Positions 49,324 to 62,506 of a DNA stretch of 64,000 nt are shown piece by piece. The translations under genes and the position numbers were made by a program. The stretch comes from Pristiophorus japonicus (Eukaryota): the NCBI RefSeq assembly GCF_044704955.1, contig NC_091989.1, positions 46,500,001 through 46,564,000 of the forward strand. Reading direction: 5' to 3'. The stretch's first letter is position 1. The number at the start of each line of letters is the position of its first letter. Below the pieces are notes generated by a model. It saw nothing but the letters and a program-made list of their open reading frames with translations. It was not told the DNA's origin and searched no databases.

Positions 49324-50674
49324 AGTTTCACCAAAAGAAAAGAAACGCTGGAACCAACATGCAGAAGATTACTGTGCAATGATGAGCACCCAGAGGTTTG
49401 GAGGCCAGTGCAAAAAGTGGCAGGATCTTGGTGAAGTAGTTAGTGCAAGTAATATTTTCATTTATTCACTGGAATTGCAATTGTAAATGTGACCAGCTGT
49501 ATGTCCCACCCAGCAGAAAGACCCCCTCTCTGAAAAGTTATATTTTCATCTTTGCAGGGGAAGGTGGCACACAACAAAAGGGAAAGAACTCCAACAGGAG
49601 GAGGCCCGGCAAATCTGCACCCGCTGGCCCCCTTGATAATAGAGGGTCGCTGCTTTAATGGGTCCTGCCTGAAGAAGAGAAACCACCACTGCACAAGCTG
49701 GGCCCACACTAGAGGGAGAGGGTAAGTCTTGCAAATTCAACAGACTGGCTTTGCTAAATGTTAAGTATTGCACGGGATAGCTATGCTTCGGTTCATGAGG
49801 ATGTCTCCGTCAGCCAGGCTTCGGTTGATACAATGTGCTATCATTCATCATGGTCCTTCAAATGAGCCTGTTGCCTGCGCTGTGTGTGCCTACTCATTCC
49901 ACCCTGCCCCCTCCTCTATTGCTAACCATTTGGCTGTTCTGTTATATTTTGCAGAACTTGAGGCCAGCCCTAACGAGGCTGATGCCGATGCAGACGAGCC
50001 TGAAGAGAACATCTTCCAATCCCACCTTCCAGAACAAGAGCATGGGGGTGAGGGGAGAGGATTAAGCCCCCACTGTTGAACTCGCTCTGGAGGAGGTGCA
50101 GGTGCCGCCCATTGAGGTGCCAGCCCCTTTCCTCAGTGGTACAAGTGTTGGGACATTCCATGGTTTCTCTCAGTCCGAGGCTGTGGGTCCCAGTGGGATG
50201 CAGTGAGCCACACCCAGGGTTTGATGGGGAATGAGAGCTCGACAGCGCTCTTCTGAGGTGCAGGATCCAACAGATATGGTTCAGATGATGGCAATGAATG
50301 CAACAGCATTGACGTTACGCTATCACTCCTGAACAACATCAGCGGGGTGGGTGATGAGATACCGGGACTATCGGGAGAAATAACAACACTATCACAAGAA
50401 ATTGAAACACCGTCCGGACACATGAGGGAGGGAATGTTGCAGATGGTTCAGACACTGTCAGGGCACGAGGGAGGGAATGTCGGAGGTAGCTGCTGAAATA
50501 AGGAAATACGCCCAGACCCCGTGGCCATTGACAGAATCAACTGCCACTCCCACTCCAATCCCCAGACCGGCTTCTGAAGAGGTCCAAGCCGAGCCCTCCA
50601 CATTACCGCCTGCCCACACCCCTCAACAAGAACTGCACATTACCAGAGTTGCTCAAAAGAATAAGCTTGGTACC

Positions 50675-51592
50675 ATAACAACATAAGAAATAGGAGCAGG
50701 AGTGGGCCATACGGCCCCTCACGCCTGCTCTGCGATCCGATCATGGACTCTGGTCTACTTCCCTGCCTGCTCCCCACTATCGGTCAAGAAACTGTCCATC
50801 TCGGTCTTAAATTTATTCAATGTCCCAGCTTCCACAGCTCTCTGAGGCAGCGAATGCCACAGATTTACAACCCTCAGAGAAGAAATGCCTCCTCATCTCT
50901 GTTTTAAATGGGCAGCCCCTTATTCTAAGATCATGTCCTCTAGTTCTAGTCTCCCCCATCAATGGAAACATTCTCTCTGCATCCACCTTGTCAAGCCCCC
51001 TCATAACCTTATCGTTTCAATAAGATCACATCTCATTCTTCTGAATTCCAATGAGTAGAGGCCCAACCTACTCAACCTTTCCTCAGAGGTCAACCCCCTC
51101 ACCCCCGGAATCAACCTAGTGAACCTTCTCTGAACTGCCTCCAAAGCAAGTATATCCTTTGATAAATATGGAAATACGCAGTATTCCAGGTGTGGCCTCA
51201 CCAATACCCTGTATAACTGTAGCAAGACTTCCCTGCTTTTATACTCCATCCCCTTTACAATAAAGGCCAAGATTCCATTGGCCTTCCTGATCACTTGCTG
51301 TACCTGCATACTAACCTTTTGTGTTTCATGCACAAGTACCCCCAGGTCCCGCTGTACTGCAGCACTCTGCAATTTTTCTCCATTTAAATAAATAACTTGC
51401 TCTCTGATTTTTTCTGCCAAAGTGCATGAACTTACACTTTCCAACATTATACTCCATCTGCCAAATTTTTGCCCACTTAGCCTGTCTATGTCCTTTTGCA
51501 GATTTTGCGTGTCCTCCTCACACATTGCTTTTCCTCCCATCTTTGTATCATCAGCAAACTTAGCTACATTACACTCGGTCCTTTCTTCCAAG
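50675..51592 (-). mobile_element. 5'-truncated CR1 inside Harbinger 2
   Basis: Encodes KFADDTK, RPHLEYC and RTRGH motifs; has a CR1 tail. Confidence 0.92.
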
Positions 51593-52053
51593 TCGTTGGA
51601 ACTCGGGAACCTAACCCGAGAAATGCTGCGCCACCGCCTGCGGACAGGGGTGAAGTCACCAAGACCAAGCGCAGTGAGTGGTCTTAGAATAAGGTGGAGG
51701 AGAGATGGGTGCAGCCTTTTTTGCTGCTGCTGTTGTTATTATTGTTGTTACTGTTGTAACTGTTCTCAAATTAAACGTTTTTTATAAGTTATGTAAATTT
51801 ACAAGTTTAAAAGTTTGTAAGTGTTCTGAACTAAAAACTAAAGTCTGACACAAATATTTTATTAAAGTTTAAACTTTTGAATAAAATATATTTTAAATTA
51901 TAACTGAATCATTTCCATTATTTGGTCCATTATTAACAAAACATTTTGAACTAAACAAGAATTTCCATTATTTATTCCATTAGCACAACACAACATTATG
52001 GAACAGGTCCAAACAGTAAACATGGTCCATTTGGAATAGTTGCCGCTGAGCCT

Positions 52054-53242
52054 TCAGGCAGCAAAGCGTTCACGGATGAGCTGCTGGCACAAGGCTCGAA
52101 CAATCGTTAGAGGGGCACGACGGCCCGCCCTCCTCCGCCGTCGTCGTGCTCCAGGTTCAGGTAGTCGTCCTCCTCCTCCTCGTCATCTGCATCTTCTTCC
52201 TCATCATCAGCCACTCTCGCCTCAGGTGTGTCTTTGACTAGCAGCTGCTGCTGCCTCATGATGGCTCAGTTATGCAGCACACAAGAGTGAACTGAGGACA
52301 ATCTCATGGGAGCATTGCAAGTAGCCTCCAGAATGGTCCAGGCATCGGAAACGCTGTTTGAAGATGCCAATGGTCCTCTCTGTTATGCTGCGCGACGCAA
52401 TGTGCGACATGTTGTATTCCCAGTCAGCTTCTGTCCGGGTTACGTGTAGGGAAATCATGAGTCAGGTGGTGAGGCCGTTCCCTTTGTCTCTCAGCAGGCA
52501 GCTCTGCCCCTCTGCCTGCTGCTGAAACATGGCAGATATAGCGCTCTTGCGTAGGATGAATGCATCATGGGTGCACCCAGGGTATTTCGCATTAACTGAC
52601 ATGATGCAATGCATGTCGTCACACACGAGCAGCACATTCACAGAGTGGAAGCCTTTTCTGTTCTTGTACATCTCGGAATCCTCCAAAGGTGCTCACAAGG
52701 CGATGTGGGTACAATCAATGCAGCCCTGTACCTTTGGGAAGCCAGCAATCCTAGAGAAGTCCACAGCCCTGTCATGCATTGCCTGGGTGGTCATGGGGAA
52801 CTTTATGTAGTCATTCCTCCTGGCATATAGTGCAGCAGTCACCTGCCGAATGCAGATGCGTTACATGTTGAGAAATGGCGCACACATCCTCAGTTATGGC
52901 CTGGAATGATCCGGATGCATAAAATGAAAGTGCAGCTGTAACCTTTACTTCAACTGACAAAGCAGTCTTCCTGATGCTTCTAGGTTGCAGGTTTGCTTTT
53001 ACTAACTCTCAGATCTCAGTTACAACTTCTTTGTGGAAACGCAACCTTCTCACACAGTCTGCATCACTCAGGTGCAGGTAGGAATGCCTGTCTTGATATA
53101 CTCGACGTGAGTAAGGCCTTCTGTCCATCATCCTCAGTGCTCTGAGGTCCCTCATGCGATGATGTCGAATCAATCGTCTCCTCTGTAGCACCATCATGCA
53201 GAAGGCTTGCACGAGGTATGGCATTGTCAATACTGCCCCCAT
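52054..53242 (-). pseudogene. Harbinger (HARBI1-like DDE) transposase pseudogene
   Basis: Encodes FPKVQGCIDCTHI, YKNRKGFHSVNV, GCTHDAFIL, RDKG and ERTIGIFKQRFRCL; frameshifted. Confidence 0.93.
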
Positions 53243-53534
53243 AATTAAATTGTAGCTTTGCAAGAAGCTCAAAACAGCAGAACAAAGGACCGAAAGCTTC
53301 TTTCCCCTTTCTCCCCCCCAAGGTCGATGCCCTAATATGGACCACACCCTGGTATGCGCATGCGCAACAACTTTGCTTAGAACGGGAAACTATGCATTCA
53401 ATTTTTATGGGGAAGCTCTATAGGTCAAAAGGTCTCGTCAATATTCAGGTTCAGGCCTACCCCTAAAAAACCTTAAAAGTGACCTACTAGAAGCTTGTAG
53501 TCACAGACGGGGGAGGGGGAGGGGTGGGGGGGGA

Positions 53535-53620
53535 AAGAGAGAGAGCGCAACAGAGAGAGAGAGAGCGCAAGAGAGAGAGAGAGCGAGAGAGCGCGAGAGG
53601 AAGAAGAAAGAGAGAGAGTG
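53535..53620 (+). repeat. Imperfect (GA)n microsatellite inside LTR A
   Basis: Visible gagagaga run. Confidence 0.9.
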
Positions 53621-55479
53621 AAGGAAGCCGTCGACGAAAGGAAGAACAGAATTGCTCACGTTTCTCAACTGTCTGTCCGAGGGGATTTATTTCAACTACT
53701 GTTACGGTCGTATGTTTTTACTGTATAAATAATGTGTTATATTCTATCTTAAACTCTGATTAAACACAATCATCCACCATATTGGTTTGCACTCTAACCT
53801 GATTATTTAAAGTGACCAAAGTTAGTCGTAAAGAGGCAATTTCTAACAAATAGCAGCATGGATACAAAATTGGTTATAGGATAGAAAACAGAGTTGTGAT
53901 GAACAGTTGTTTTTCGGACTGGAGGGAGGTATGCAGTGGAGTTCCCAAGGTTCAGTACAAGGACCATTGCCGTTTTTGAAAAACATTAATGACTTGGACT
54001 CGGGGGTACAGGGCACAATTTTGAAATTTGCAGGCAACACAAAACTTGAAGTGGAGTAAAGAGTGAGGAAGATAGTAATCGACTTCAAGAGGACGGACGC
54101 ATGGCAGACGAAATTCAATGCAGAAAAGTGGGGTGATGTATTTTGGTAGGAAGAATTAGGAGATGCAAGACATGCTGAACGGTACAATTTTAAAGGGGTT
54201 GCAGGAAAAGGGAGACCTGCGGATGCCTGTGCACAAATATTTGAAGGTGGCAGGACGGTTTAAAAAAGCAGTTAATAAAATGTATGGGATCCTGGGCTTT
54301 ATAAATTGAGGGATAAATATTAAAAAACAGGAAATGATACTAAATCTATATAAAACCTCATTTGGCCCGAGCTGGAGTATTGTGTCTACATCTGGGCACC
54401 AGAAGGGACATGAAGGCTTTGGATAGGGTACTAAAGAGATTTACTAGAATGGCTCCAGGGATAAGTGATTACAGTTACGTAAATAGACGGAGAAGCTGGG
54501 GCTGTGCTTCTTAGAGCCGAGAACATTAAGAGGAGATTTGACAGAGGTGTTCAAAATCATGAGGGCTTTAGATCGCGTAAATAAAGCGAAACTGTTCCCA
54601 ATGGCTGAAAGGTCGATAACCAGATTGACAAGAGATAACATGTTAAAACTTTATTTACGCAACGAGTGCTTAGGTTTGGAACTCACTGCCTGATAGGGTG
54701 ATGGAAACAGTTTCAATAGCAGCCTTCAAAAGGGAATTCGATAAATATTTAGGAGAATAAATTGCAGGGATATGGGGATAGAGCAAGAGAGTGGGACTAT
54801 GTGGACTGCTGTTTGAAAGAGCTGGCATCGACACGATGGGCCGAATGGCCGCTTTTTGTGCTGCACTATTCTATGATACTTTCATTTCATAACATCAAGG
54901 CAATTAGGCAAATTCTGTGTCTAGTGTGAAAGCAATGCTATCACAAGATTGCACTTGTTCAATAATGCCTCATACTACTATACAATAGCTTCATTTTCAG
55001 ATGTCAAAGAAAATCCCGATTCATTGCCAATGCAAAACTGTTGTGATGACCATGCAACACACTGACACAAGACTCTCTGTAGTCATTAGCTGCCGATTTT
55101 ATCCTCGAGAGCTCCCTCACTCGTGCTCAAATGTCAACGAGTACAATAGGTTCTTTCATGCAGCTCTCACCAGATACTGACGCCACATATAGTGCTAAAT
55201 CTTAAAGTCAGGATTATTAATTAGATCACATCCACTTTCACAAATCTAAATTTTGCATTGCTACTTCCTTTTGTATATTGCTGAGTTAGCGTGTGTAACA
55301 CTGTTTCTGTCTATCAGAACCACTCTATACCATACCTTCTCTTCGAGCCAGCAGGATCTAAGTATCATGGACCATAGAGAAAAGTTGAAGATGATAGTAT
55401 TTGTGCACTTTACAGAGGGTGGGGGGAAGATATGATCCTATAAATTTTGTTTGTTTCTTTGAAAACCCTCCACCAATTT

Positions 55480-57562
55480 TCAGAGTTGCAGCGGGCTCTG
55501 AAGTCCTGCAGGACTTGCTATGTGAGGCCGGCATCACTGCAGTGCATCCGCGAGGGTGAGATAGCATGTTTCAGGAGGTATTCACCCCGCAGCATAAGAT
55601 GGTGCAGGCAGAGAGGGAATGGGTGACTGCCAGACAGAGAAGGAGGACCAGACAGGTAGGGCAGGAGTCCCATGAGTGCATCTCGCTTGCTAACCAGTTT
55701 TCGGATATAGGTGAGGGCGATGGTTCCTCTGGTGAGTGCAGCAAGAGCCAAGTCCACGGCACCATGGGTGGCTCAGCTCCACGGGGGAAGGAAGAGGAGT
55801 GGAAGAGCAATAGCGGTAGTGGATTTAATAGTTAGGGAACCCAAATATGTTTTATAAATACATTAAGAACAAGAGGATAACTAAGAAAGATAAAGGCCTA
55901 TTAGGGACCATAAAGATAACCTGTGTGTGGAGGTCGGAGACGTAGGTATAGTTCTTAACGAATACTTTGCGTCTGTTTTTCACAAAAGCGAGGGACAATG
56001 CAGACATTGCAATAGGGAGGAGGAGTTTGAAATATTAGATGAAAAATAGGGCCTTAGCATCTTTGAAAGTGGATCAATCCCCAGGCGCAGATGAAATGTA
56101 GGCTGTTAAGAGAAGCAAGAGAGGAAATAGTAGAGGCTCTGACCATCATTTTCCAATCCTCTCCTGCTACAGGAGTGGTGCTGGAGGACTGCTAACGTCG
56201 CACCATTGTTTATAAAGGGAGAAAGGGATAGATCGAGTAATTACAGGCCAGTCAGCCTAACTTCAGTGGTGGGAAAATTATTGGAAAAAATTCTGAGGGA
56301 CAGGACAAATCTTTGTTTAGAAAGACATTGATTAATCAAGCAGGATTTGTTAAGGGAAGGTCGTGTCTGACTAACTTGATTGAATTTTTTAAGGAGGTAA
56401 GATTTTGGCAAAGCTTTTTATAAGGTCCCGCATGGCAGACTGGTCACGAAAGTAAAAGCCCATGGGATCGAAGGCAAAGTGGCAAGTTGGATCTAAAATT
56501 GGCTCAGAGGCAGGAAGCAAAGGGTAATGGTCGATGTGTATTTCTGTGACTGGAAGGCTGTTTCCAATGGGGTTCCGCAGGGCTCAGCACTATGCCCCTT
56601 GCCTTTTGTGGCATATATTAATGATTTGGACTTGAATGTAGGGAGTATGATTAAGAAGTTTGCAGATGATACAAAAATTGATCATGTGGTTGATAATGAA
56701 GAAGAAAGCTGTAGACTGCAGGAAGATATTAATGGACTGGTCAGGTGAGCAGAACAGTGGCAAATGGAATTCAATCCGGAGAGGTGTGAGGTAATGCATT
56801 TGGGGAAAACTAACAAGGCAAGGGAATACATAATAAATGGTATGACACTGAGAAGTGCAGAGGAACAGAGGGACCTTGGAGTGCATGTCCACAGATCCCT
56901 GAAAGTAGGATAGATAGATAGGTGGCTAAAAAGACACACTTGCTTTTATTAGCTGAGGCATAGAAAACAATAGCAGGGAGATTATGCTTGAACTGTATAA
57001 AACACTAGTTAGGCCACAGCTACAGTACTGCGTGCAGTTCTGGTCACCACGTTACAGGAAGGATGTGATTGCACTGGAGAGGGTACAGAGGAGATTTACG
57101 AGGATGTTACCTGGACTGGAGAATTTTAGCTACAAGGAAAGAAAGGCTGGGGTTGCTTTCTTTGGAACAGAGGAGGCCGAGGGTAGACTTACTTGAGGTA
57201 TATAAAATTATGAGGGGCCTAGATAAGTGGATAGGAAGGACCTATTCCCCTTAGCAGAGGGGTCAATAATCAGGGAGCATCAATTTAAGCTAAGTGGTAG
57301 GAGGTTTAGAGGGGATTTGAGGAGAAATCTTTTCACCCAGACGGTGGTGGGTGTCTGGAACTCACTGCCTGAAAGGGTGGTAGTGGCAGAAACCCTCATA
57401 GCATTTAAAAAGTACTTGGATACATACTTGAAATGCCGTAACCTGCAAGGTTACGGACCAAGAGCTGGAAAGTGGGATTAGGCTAGATAGCTTTTTGTCA
57501 GTCGGCACGGAGACGATGGGCTGAATGGCTTCCTTTTGTGCTGTAAATTTCTATGATTCTAT
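55480..57562 (+). mobile_element. Degenerate CR1 LINE with an ORF1 fragment and large internal deletion
   Basis: An ORF1-like piece (ISLANQFS, QVHGT) abuts the mid-ORF2 NPK.FYKYI region at about 55835. RT motifs and a (TTCTATGA)n tail follow. Confidence 0.9.
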
Positions 57563-58779
57563 GATTATTAAGTAATGATTTTCTACATTTGCACACATAA
57601 AGCAAACGGGCTTAATATCCCATTCATGAACCAGCAAAATATGAGGATGGCAAAAAAAGCTGCTGTCTTTATGAACCTTTATAATAATTTAGGTGCCTCA
57701 TACATGCAGAATGAATTATGCATTTTCCTTCAAGATATGGAGAAATCTAAAAAGCAAGAGATTTCAACCAATGTCTCAAAATAATTATTTAAATAAAATT
57801 TTAAATGATGCTAAAAACAAACTCACATCCTGTGTGCACCATGTGGCTGCATCATCAGAAAACTTAAAGTATTAAGTAAATGGACCTTATTACTGAACGC
57901 AAGAATGCTGACAGTGCAAGCACAGTGTGAGTGATTAAGAGCCTCTTACAGCATGAAAAATCACAGCAGCAGCACCCAGGTCTCACTATGATCCAACACT
58001 AGCCCAGATGATCTTTTGGAAATGTTGATTTTACTTTCTCCACTCCATTTAACAGTTAAGTTGCTGCTGTTAAAGACTGACGTTCCCTGCCTTGATTTGT
58101 ACTGTGTGCCTAATGGGTCTGTGGAAGGGTCACTGTCACTGACACAAACACTCCTATTGTCAGAATAAAATTCTCCAAGTGGATGCACAACTTCTAATTG
58201 TGGCATTGAAGAATAAAGTACTGAAAAGTACATAAATGATCACAGTTCTGTCAACTGCACTTAGCCTATTGTAGAGTGTTTTCCCTGAGATGGAGCTACA
58301 CCTCAGATATTTAATTTCAAATGAGCAAAGCTCTCAATACTTCCAATGATTAAGTTCAGTACTGTAAACACACCCAACATAAACTTACACTCTGCTAAAA
58401 AAATATATTCACAGCATAAAATCCATTCTAAGATAGCGCAGGTATGTCCAAGCGTAATTTATTCATATTTTATCCTTAGCACGATGAATAATAATACTAA
58501 AAGGGTTTGTGGCACAAGACATAAAGTCCTTTAAACTAATGCTACCAACAAGGGTGTCACTCATTTTATAAGGTACACTGATGTACATTGATAAATATCT
58601 GCCGAAATTTATTCCATGTGCTTATTCATTCGGAATAGCATTTGATAACAATTATAATTCAGCTCAGAAGAAAAGGGGAGGGAGGAAAGGGATTTTTTAA
58701 TATCTTTAAATGTGCTTCAAAATCAAAACCGAAAAATTTTATTTTGAACATACTGAAAAGGTAAAAAGTTGCCCCAAGA

Positions 58780-59400
58780 AAGGAAGAACTTGGATTTTTC
58801 TAGCAGTTTTCACAACCCCAGGATGTTCTGATGTGCTTCACACCCAATGAAATACTTCTGAATATGTGTAAAGTAAGGAAATGCATCAGCCAATTTGTTG
58901 TTTATGAGACCTTTACATGCGCAATGAAATAGTCATATTTGTTTTACGGTGGAGTATAATGTTTGCCAGATCACTGGCGAAGCTCCTGCTCTTCTTTAAA
59001 TAGTGTAACAGATCATATGATCTGAAATTCATTACCTACAAGGGTGGTGGAAGCAGATTAAACAGTAACTTTCGAAAGGGAATTGGATATAAACTTGAAG
59101 AGGAACATTTGCAGAGTTAGGGAGGGTCGAGCAGGGGAATGGGACTAATTGGAAAGCTCTTTCAAAGATCAAGCACAGGCATGATGGGCTGAACGGCTTC
59201 CTTCTGTGCTGTATGATCAATTATGTCAAGTTGAGAGAGTAGACAAGGCCTCATCTGAAACATGGCACCTGCAACAGCGCAGCACTCCCTTAGTGCTGTA
59301 CTGACTTGTCAGCCTAGATTCTGTGTTCAATTCTCTGGAGTGGAGCTTGAACCCATCGCTTTTTGAGTCAGAGGCAAGAGTGCAACTCCCTTAGGCTGAT
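58780..59400 (-). mobile_element. Degraded Deu-type SINE interrupted by a plus-strand CR1 3' end (about 59030-59217)
   Basis: SINE tail and head pieces similar to 26240-26745 flank a CR1 3' UTR. Confidence 0.55.
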
Positions 59401-60896
59401 AAGTGAGGTTCAATAGTGAGGCTTATATGCCATCATTGCAGCATCAACATTTGCGACGTTGTGTGAAAACTGTTTAAAAGGACTTTTCTAGCAGGTCACA
59501 AAGTGCTTTTCGTGCAACAGAAACAATCAACAACAAATCAGGCACCTAAGCACCCGATAAAAACACATTCATTTGAACCAAAATGTTACTGGTTTCTCAC
59601 CTTCCTACCATTAAAACATCAAGAGACATGCTCTGCAGTGGATTGTTACAATTTAAAATAAACAAAGCTAGAAAAATAAACCTGCAGCATACTTGTATAG
59701 GCTACTGCATTGCTTTCCAAAGTGGTAGAATGTGTTAAGCTTCAGGTGAGCAGGAACCAAGCACAAGTCGGAGAAGCGTCAAGAAGAGAGAAACTTAAAG
59801 GAGTACCATTGTCACTCACATGCTGCCAATGGCTTAGAGCAGCACAGGTGAAGCCAAGAAGGGAGAACATCGTATCTTAACATACTGGTGGATGGCAAAA
59901 TTTAACTCACAAATATGGCCAAAGTCAATGCAAAAACAAATCCAGCCACATTTGCCCACTGATATTGATAAGCATGTAAGCTCTGAAATACTAAGCACAA
60001 TAGTAATCTCCTAATAAAACATTTTTATGGATTGGCTACTAATGCTTTCTGCGGATCTTATTGCATAACTTTGGCTCGTGTCAGTAGTGGTTACATCTAT
60101 AAATACAGAATAAATAGTATCTGTAAATTAAAAGCACATTTCTTATAATAAGGATTTTTAAAACTTAGTTTTTCCTCAGAAATGCTTTCGCTTCAAAGTA
60201 TTCAAGTATTCAAATGCAAAGTGATAGTGTGATTCATGTTATGATATATTTACTTTGTTATAAAGTCTGACGATTCGATTAATTTCTATGGTGCCTCTCC
60301 GTACTTGGAGATTATCTCCCTGGGGCACTTGCTATTTAATGACAAGTGCTGCCACTAATTACCCATCATATCTCATCAGCAAAGCCTATATAATTACAAA
60401 AATTATCATGCTGACCTCATATGCGATTGCTGAACAGCTTTATAATGACCTAAAACTGTAATACTGTCTTATGACTATCGCCTTGGATGTAAAATGGTAT
60501 AGCAATCGTGGCCGAAGCGAATGCTCAAGTATTCCAGATGTCACTGTTACATTTAACTTTATTTTTTCCCAAATAATTAGCTTAAGAGGAGAAAAATCGG
60601 ATTTGTTTTTCCGTATTGTGCTGGCTGATTAAAAATAGGTCACAGGAAAACAGTGAGCAGAAAGGTAATCCAACAAACATTGTTCCTGCTTTATTCAGCC
60701 TTCACAAATAACTGAATTAAGCCACAGCAATACAGAAAACAGAAGTGGGAAATCCTAGGGATTTAAAAAAAAAAAGCTACATATGCAAACAAACCCAAAT
60801 ACTTGAGCCCTGCTTTTTGGAATACCCGTGTACAGACCTTGGACAGGTTTCCACTGATACTTCAGTACAGGAAGAAATTCCACATGAGCACATGAA

Positions 60897-62506
60897 GTGT
60901 TGGGGAAATTGATGGATTGAAGGCCGATAAATCCCCAGGGCCTGATGGACTGCATCCCAGAGTACTTAAGGAGGTGGCCTTGGAAATAGCGGATGCATTG
61001 ACAGTCATTTTCCAACATTCCATTGACTCTGGATCAGTTCCTATCGAGTGGAGGGTAGCCAATGTAACCCCACTTTTTAAAAAAGGAGGGAGAGAGAAAA
61101 CAGGGAATTATAGACCGGTCAGCCTGACCTCAGAAGTGGGTAAAATGATGGAATCAATTATTAAGGATGTCATAGCAGCGCATTTAGAAAGAGGTGACAT
61201 GATAGGTCCAAGTCAGCATGGATTTGTGAAAGGGAAATCATGCTTGACAAATCTTCTGGAATTTTTTGAGGATGTTTCCAGTAGAGTGGACAAGGGAGAA
61301 CCAGTTGATGTGGTATATTTGGACTTTCAGAAGGCTTTCGACAAGGTCCCACACAAGAGATTAATGTGCAAAGTTAAAGCACATGGGATTGGGGGTAGTG
61401 TGCTGACGTGGATTGAGAACTGGTTGTCAGACAGGAAGCAAAGAGTAGGAGTAAATGGGGACTTTTCAGAATGGCAGGCAGTGACTAGTGGGGTACTGCA
61501 AGGTTCTGTGCTGGGGCCCCAGCTGTTTACACTGTACATTAATGATTTAGACGAGGGGATTAAATGTAGTATCTTCAAATTTGCGGATGACACTAAGTTG
61601 GGTGGCAGTGTGAGCTGCGAGGAGGATGCTATGAGACTGCAGAGTGACTTGGATAGGTTAGGTGAGTGGGCAAATGCATGGCAGATGAAGTATAATGTGG
61701 ATAAATGTGAGGTTATCCACTTTGGTGGTAAAAACAGAGAGACAGACTATTATCTGAATGATGACAGATTAGGAAAAGGGGAGGTGCAAAGAGACCTGGG
61801 TGTCATGGTACATCAGTCATTGAAGGTTGGCATGCAGGTACAGCAGGCAGTTAAGAAAGCAAATGGCATGTTGGCCTTCATAGCGAGGGGATTTGAGTAC
61901 AGGGGCAGGGAGGTGTTGCTACAGTTGTACAGGGCCTTGGTGAGGCCACACCTGGAGTATTGTGTACAGTTTTGGTCTCCTAACTTGAGGAAGGACATTC
62001 TTGCTATTGAGGGAGTGCAGCGAAGGTTCACCAGACTGATTCCCAGGATGGCGGGACTGACCTATCAAGAAAGACTGGATCAACTGGGCTTGTATTCACT
62101 GGAGTTCAGAAGAATGAGAGGGGACCTCATAGAAACATTTAAAATTCTGATGGGTTCAGACAGGTTAGATGCAGGAAGAATGTTCCCAATGTTGGGGAAG
62201 TCCAGAACCAGGGGTCACAGTCTAAGGATAAGAGTTAAGCCATTTAGGACTGAGATGAGGAGAAACTTCTTCACCCAGAGAGTGGTGAACCTGTGGAATT
62301 CTCTACCACAGAAAGTTGTTGAGGCCAATTCACTAAATATACTCAAAAAGGAGTTAGATGAAGTCCTTACTACTCGAGGGATCAAGGGGTATGGCGAGAA
62401 AGCAGGAATGGGGTACTGAAGTTGCATGTTCAGCCATGAACTCATTGAATGGCGGTGCAGGCTAGAAGGGCCGAATGGCCTACTCCTATTTTCTATGTTT
62501 CTATGT
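60897..62506 (+). mobile_element. Young 5'-truncated CR1 LINE, open 500-aa RT frame
   Basis: ORF 60917-62419 is near-identical to the C-terminal 500 aa of ORF 19380-21932. The tail is (TTTCTATG)n. Confidence 0.97.

Larger units (their letters stand above)
48897..51690 (+). pseudogene. Myb/SANT-like gene remnant of Harbinger 2 (multi-exon)
   Basis: MQRSSRTKNFSEDEVEALVTVIEARWYEL..KKRWNQ..QCKK.WQDL. Splice sites include ctttgcAG (49557), G|GTAAGT (49722) and ttttgcAG (49954). Confidence 0.8.
48573..53370. mobile_element. Decayed autonomous-type PIF/Harbinger transposon 2 (right TIR not found)
   Basis: Left end GGGCTCAATTTTCCCC. Contains convergent Myb-like and transposase remnants and two internal CR1 insertions. 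Confidence 0.85.
47353..53848 (+). mobile_element. Solo LTR A (related to 40804-41936), interrupted by LTR B and Harbinger 2
   Basis: TGTTAG...CTAACA termini with imperfect TSD AGTA/AATA. The 5' part (48138 onward) and 3' part resemble the 40804 LTR. Confidence 0.75.
46945..54877 (+). mobile_element. Old CR1 LINE split by a 6.5-kb nested insertion (CR1 parts 46945-47352 and 53849-54877)
   Basis: RT sequence ..IEARGIK.. stops at 47352 and resumes with ..AAWIQNWL.DRKQ at 53849. The 3' tail is ttctatgat. Confidence 0.85.

Noticed and set aside
48525-49382. 285-aa ORF as a novel gene
   Set aside because: It is a chance read-through of Harbinger subterminal DNA, the Myb-like start and an antisense CR1 fragment.
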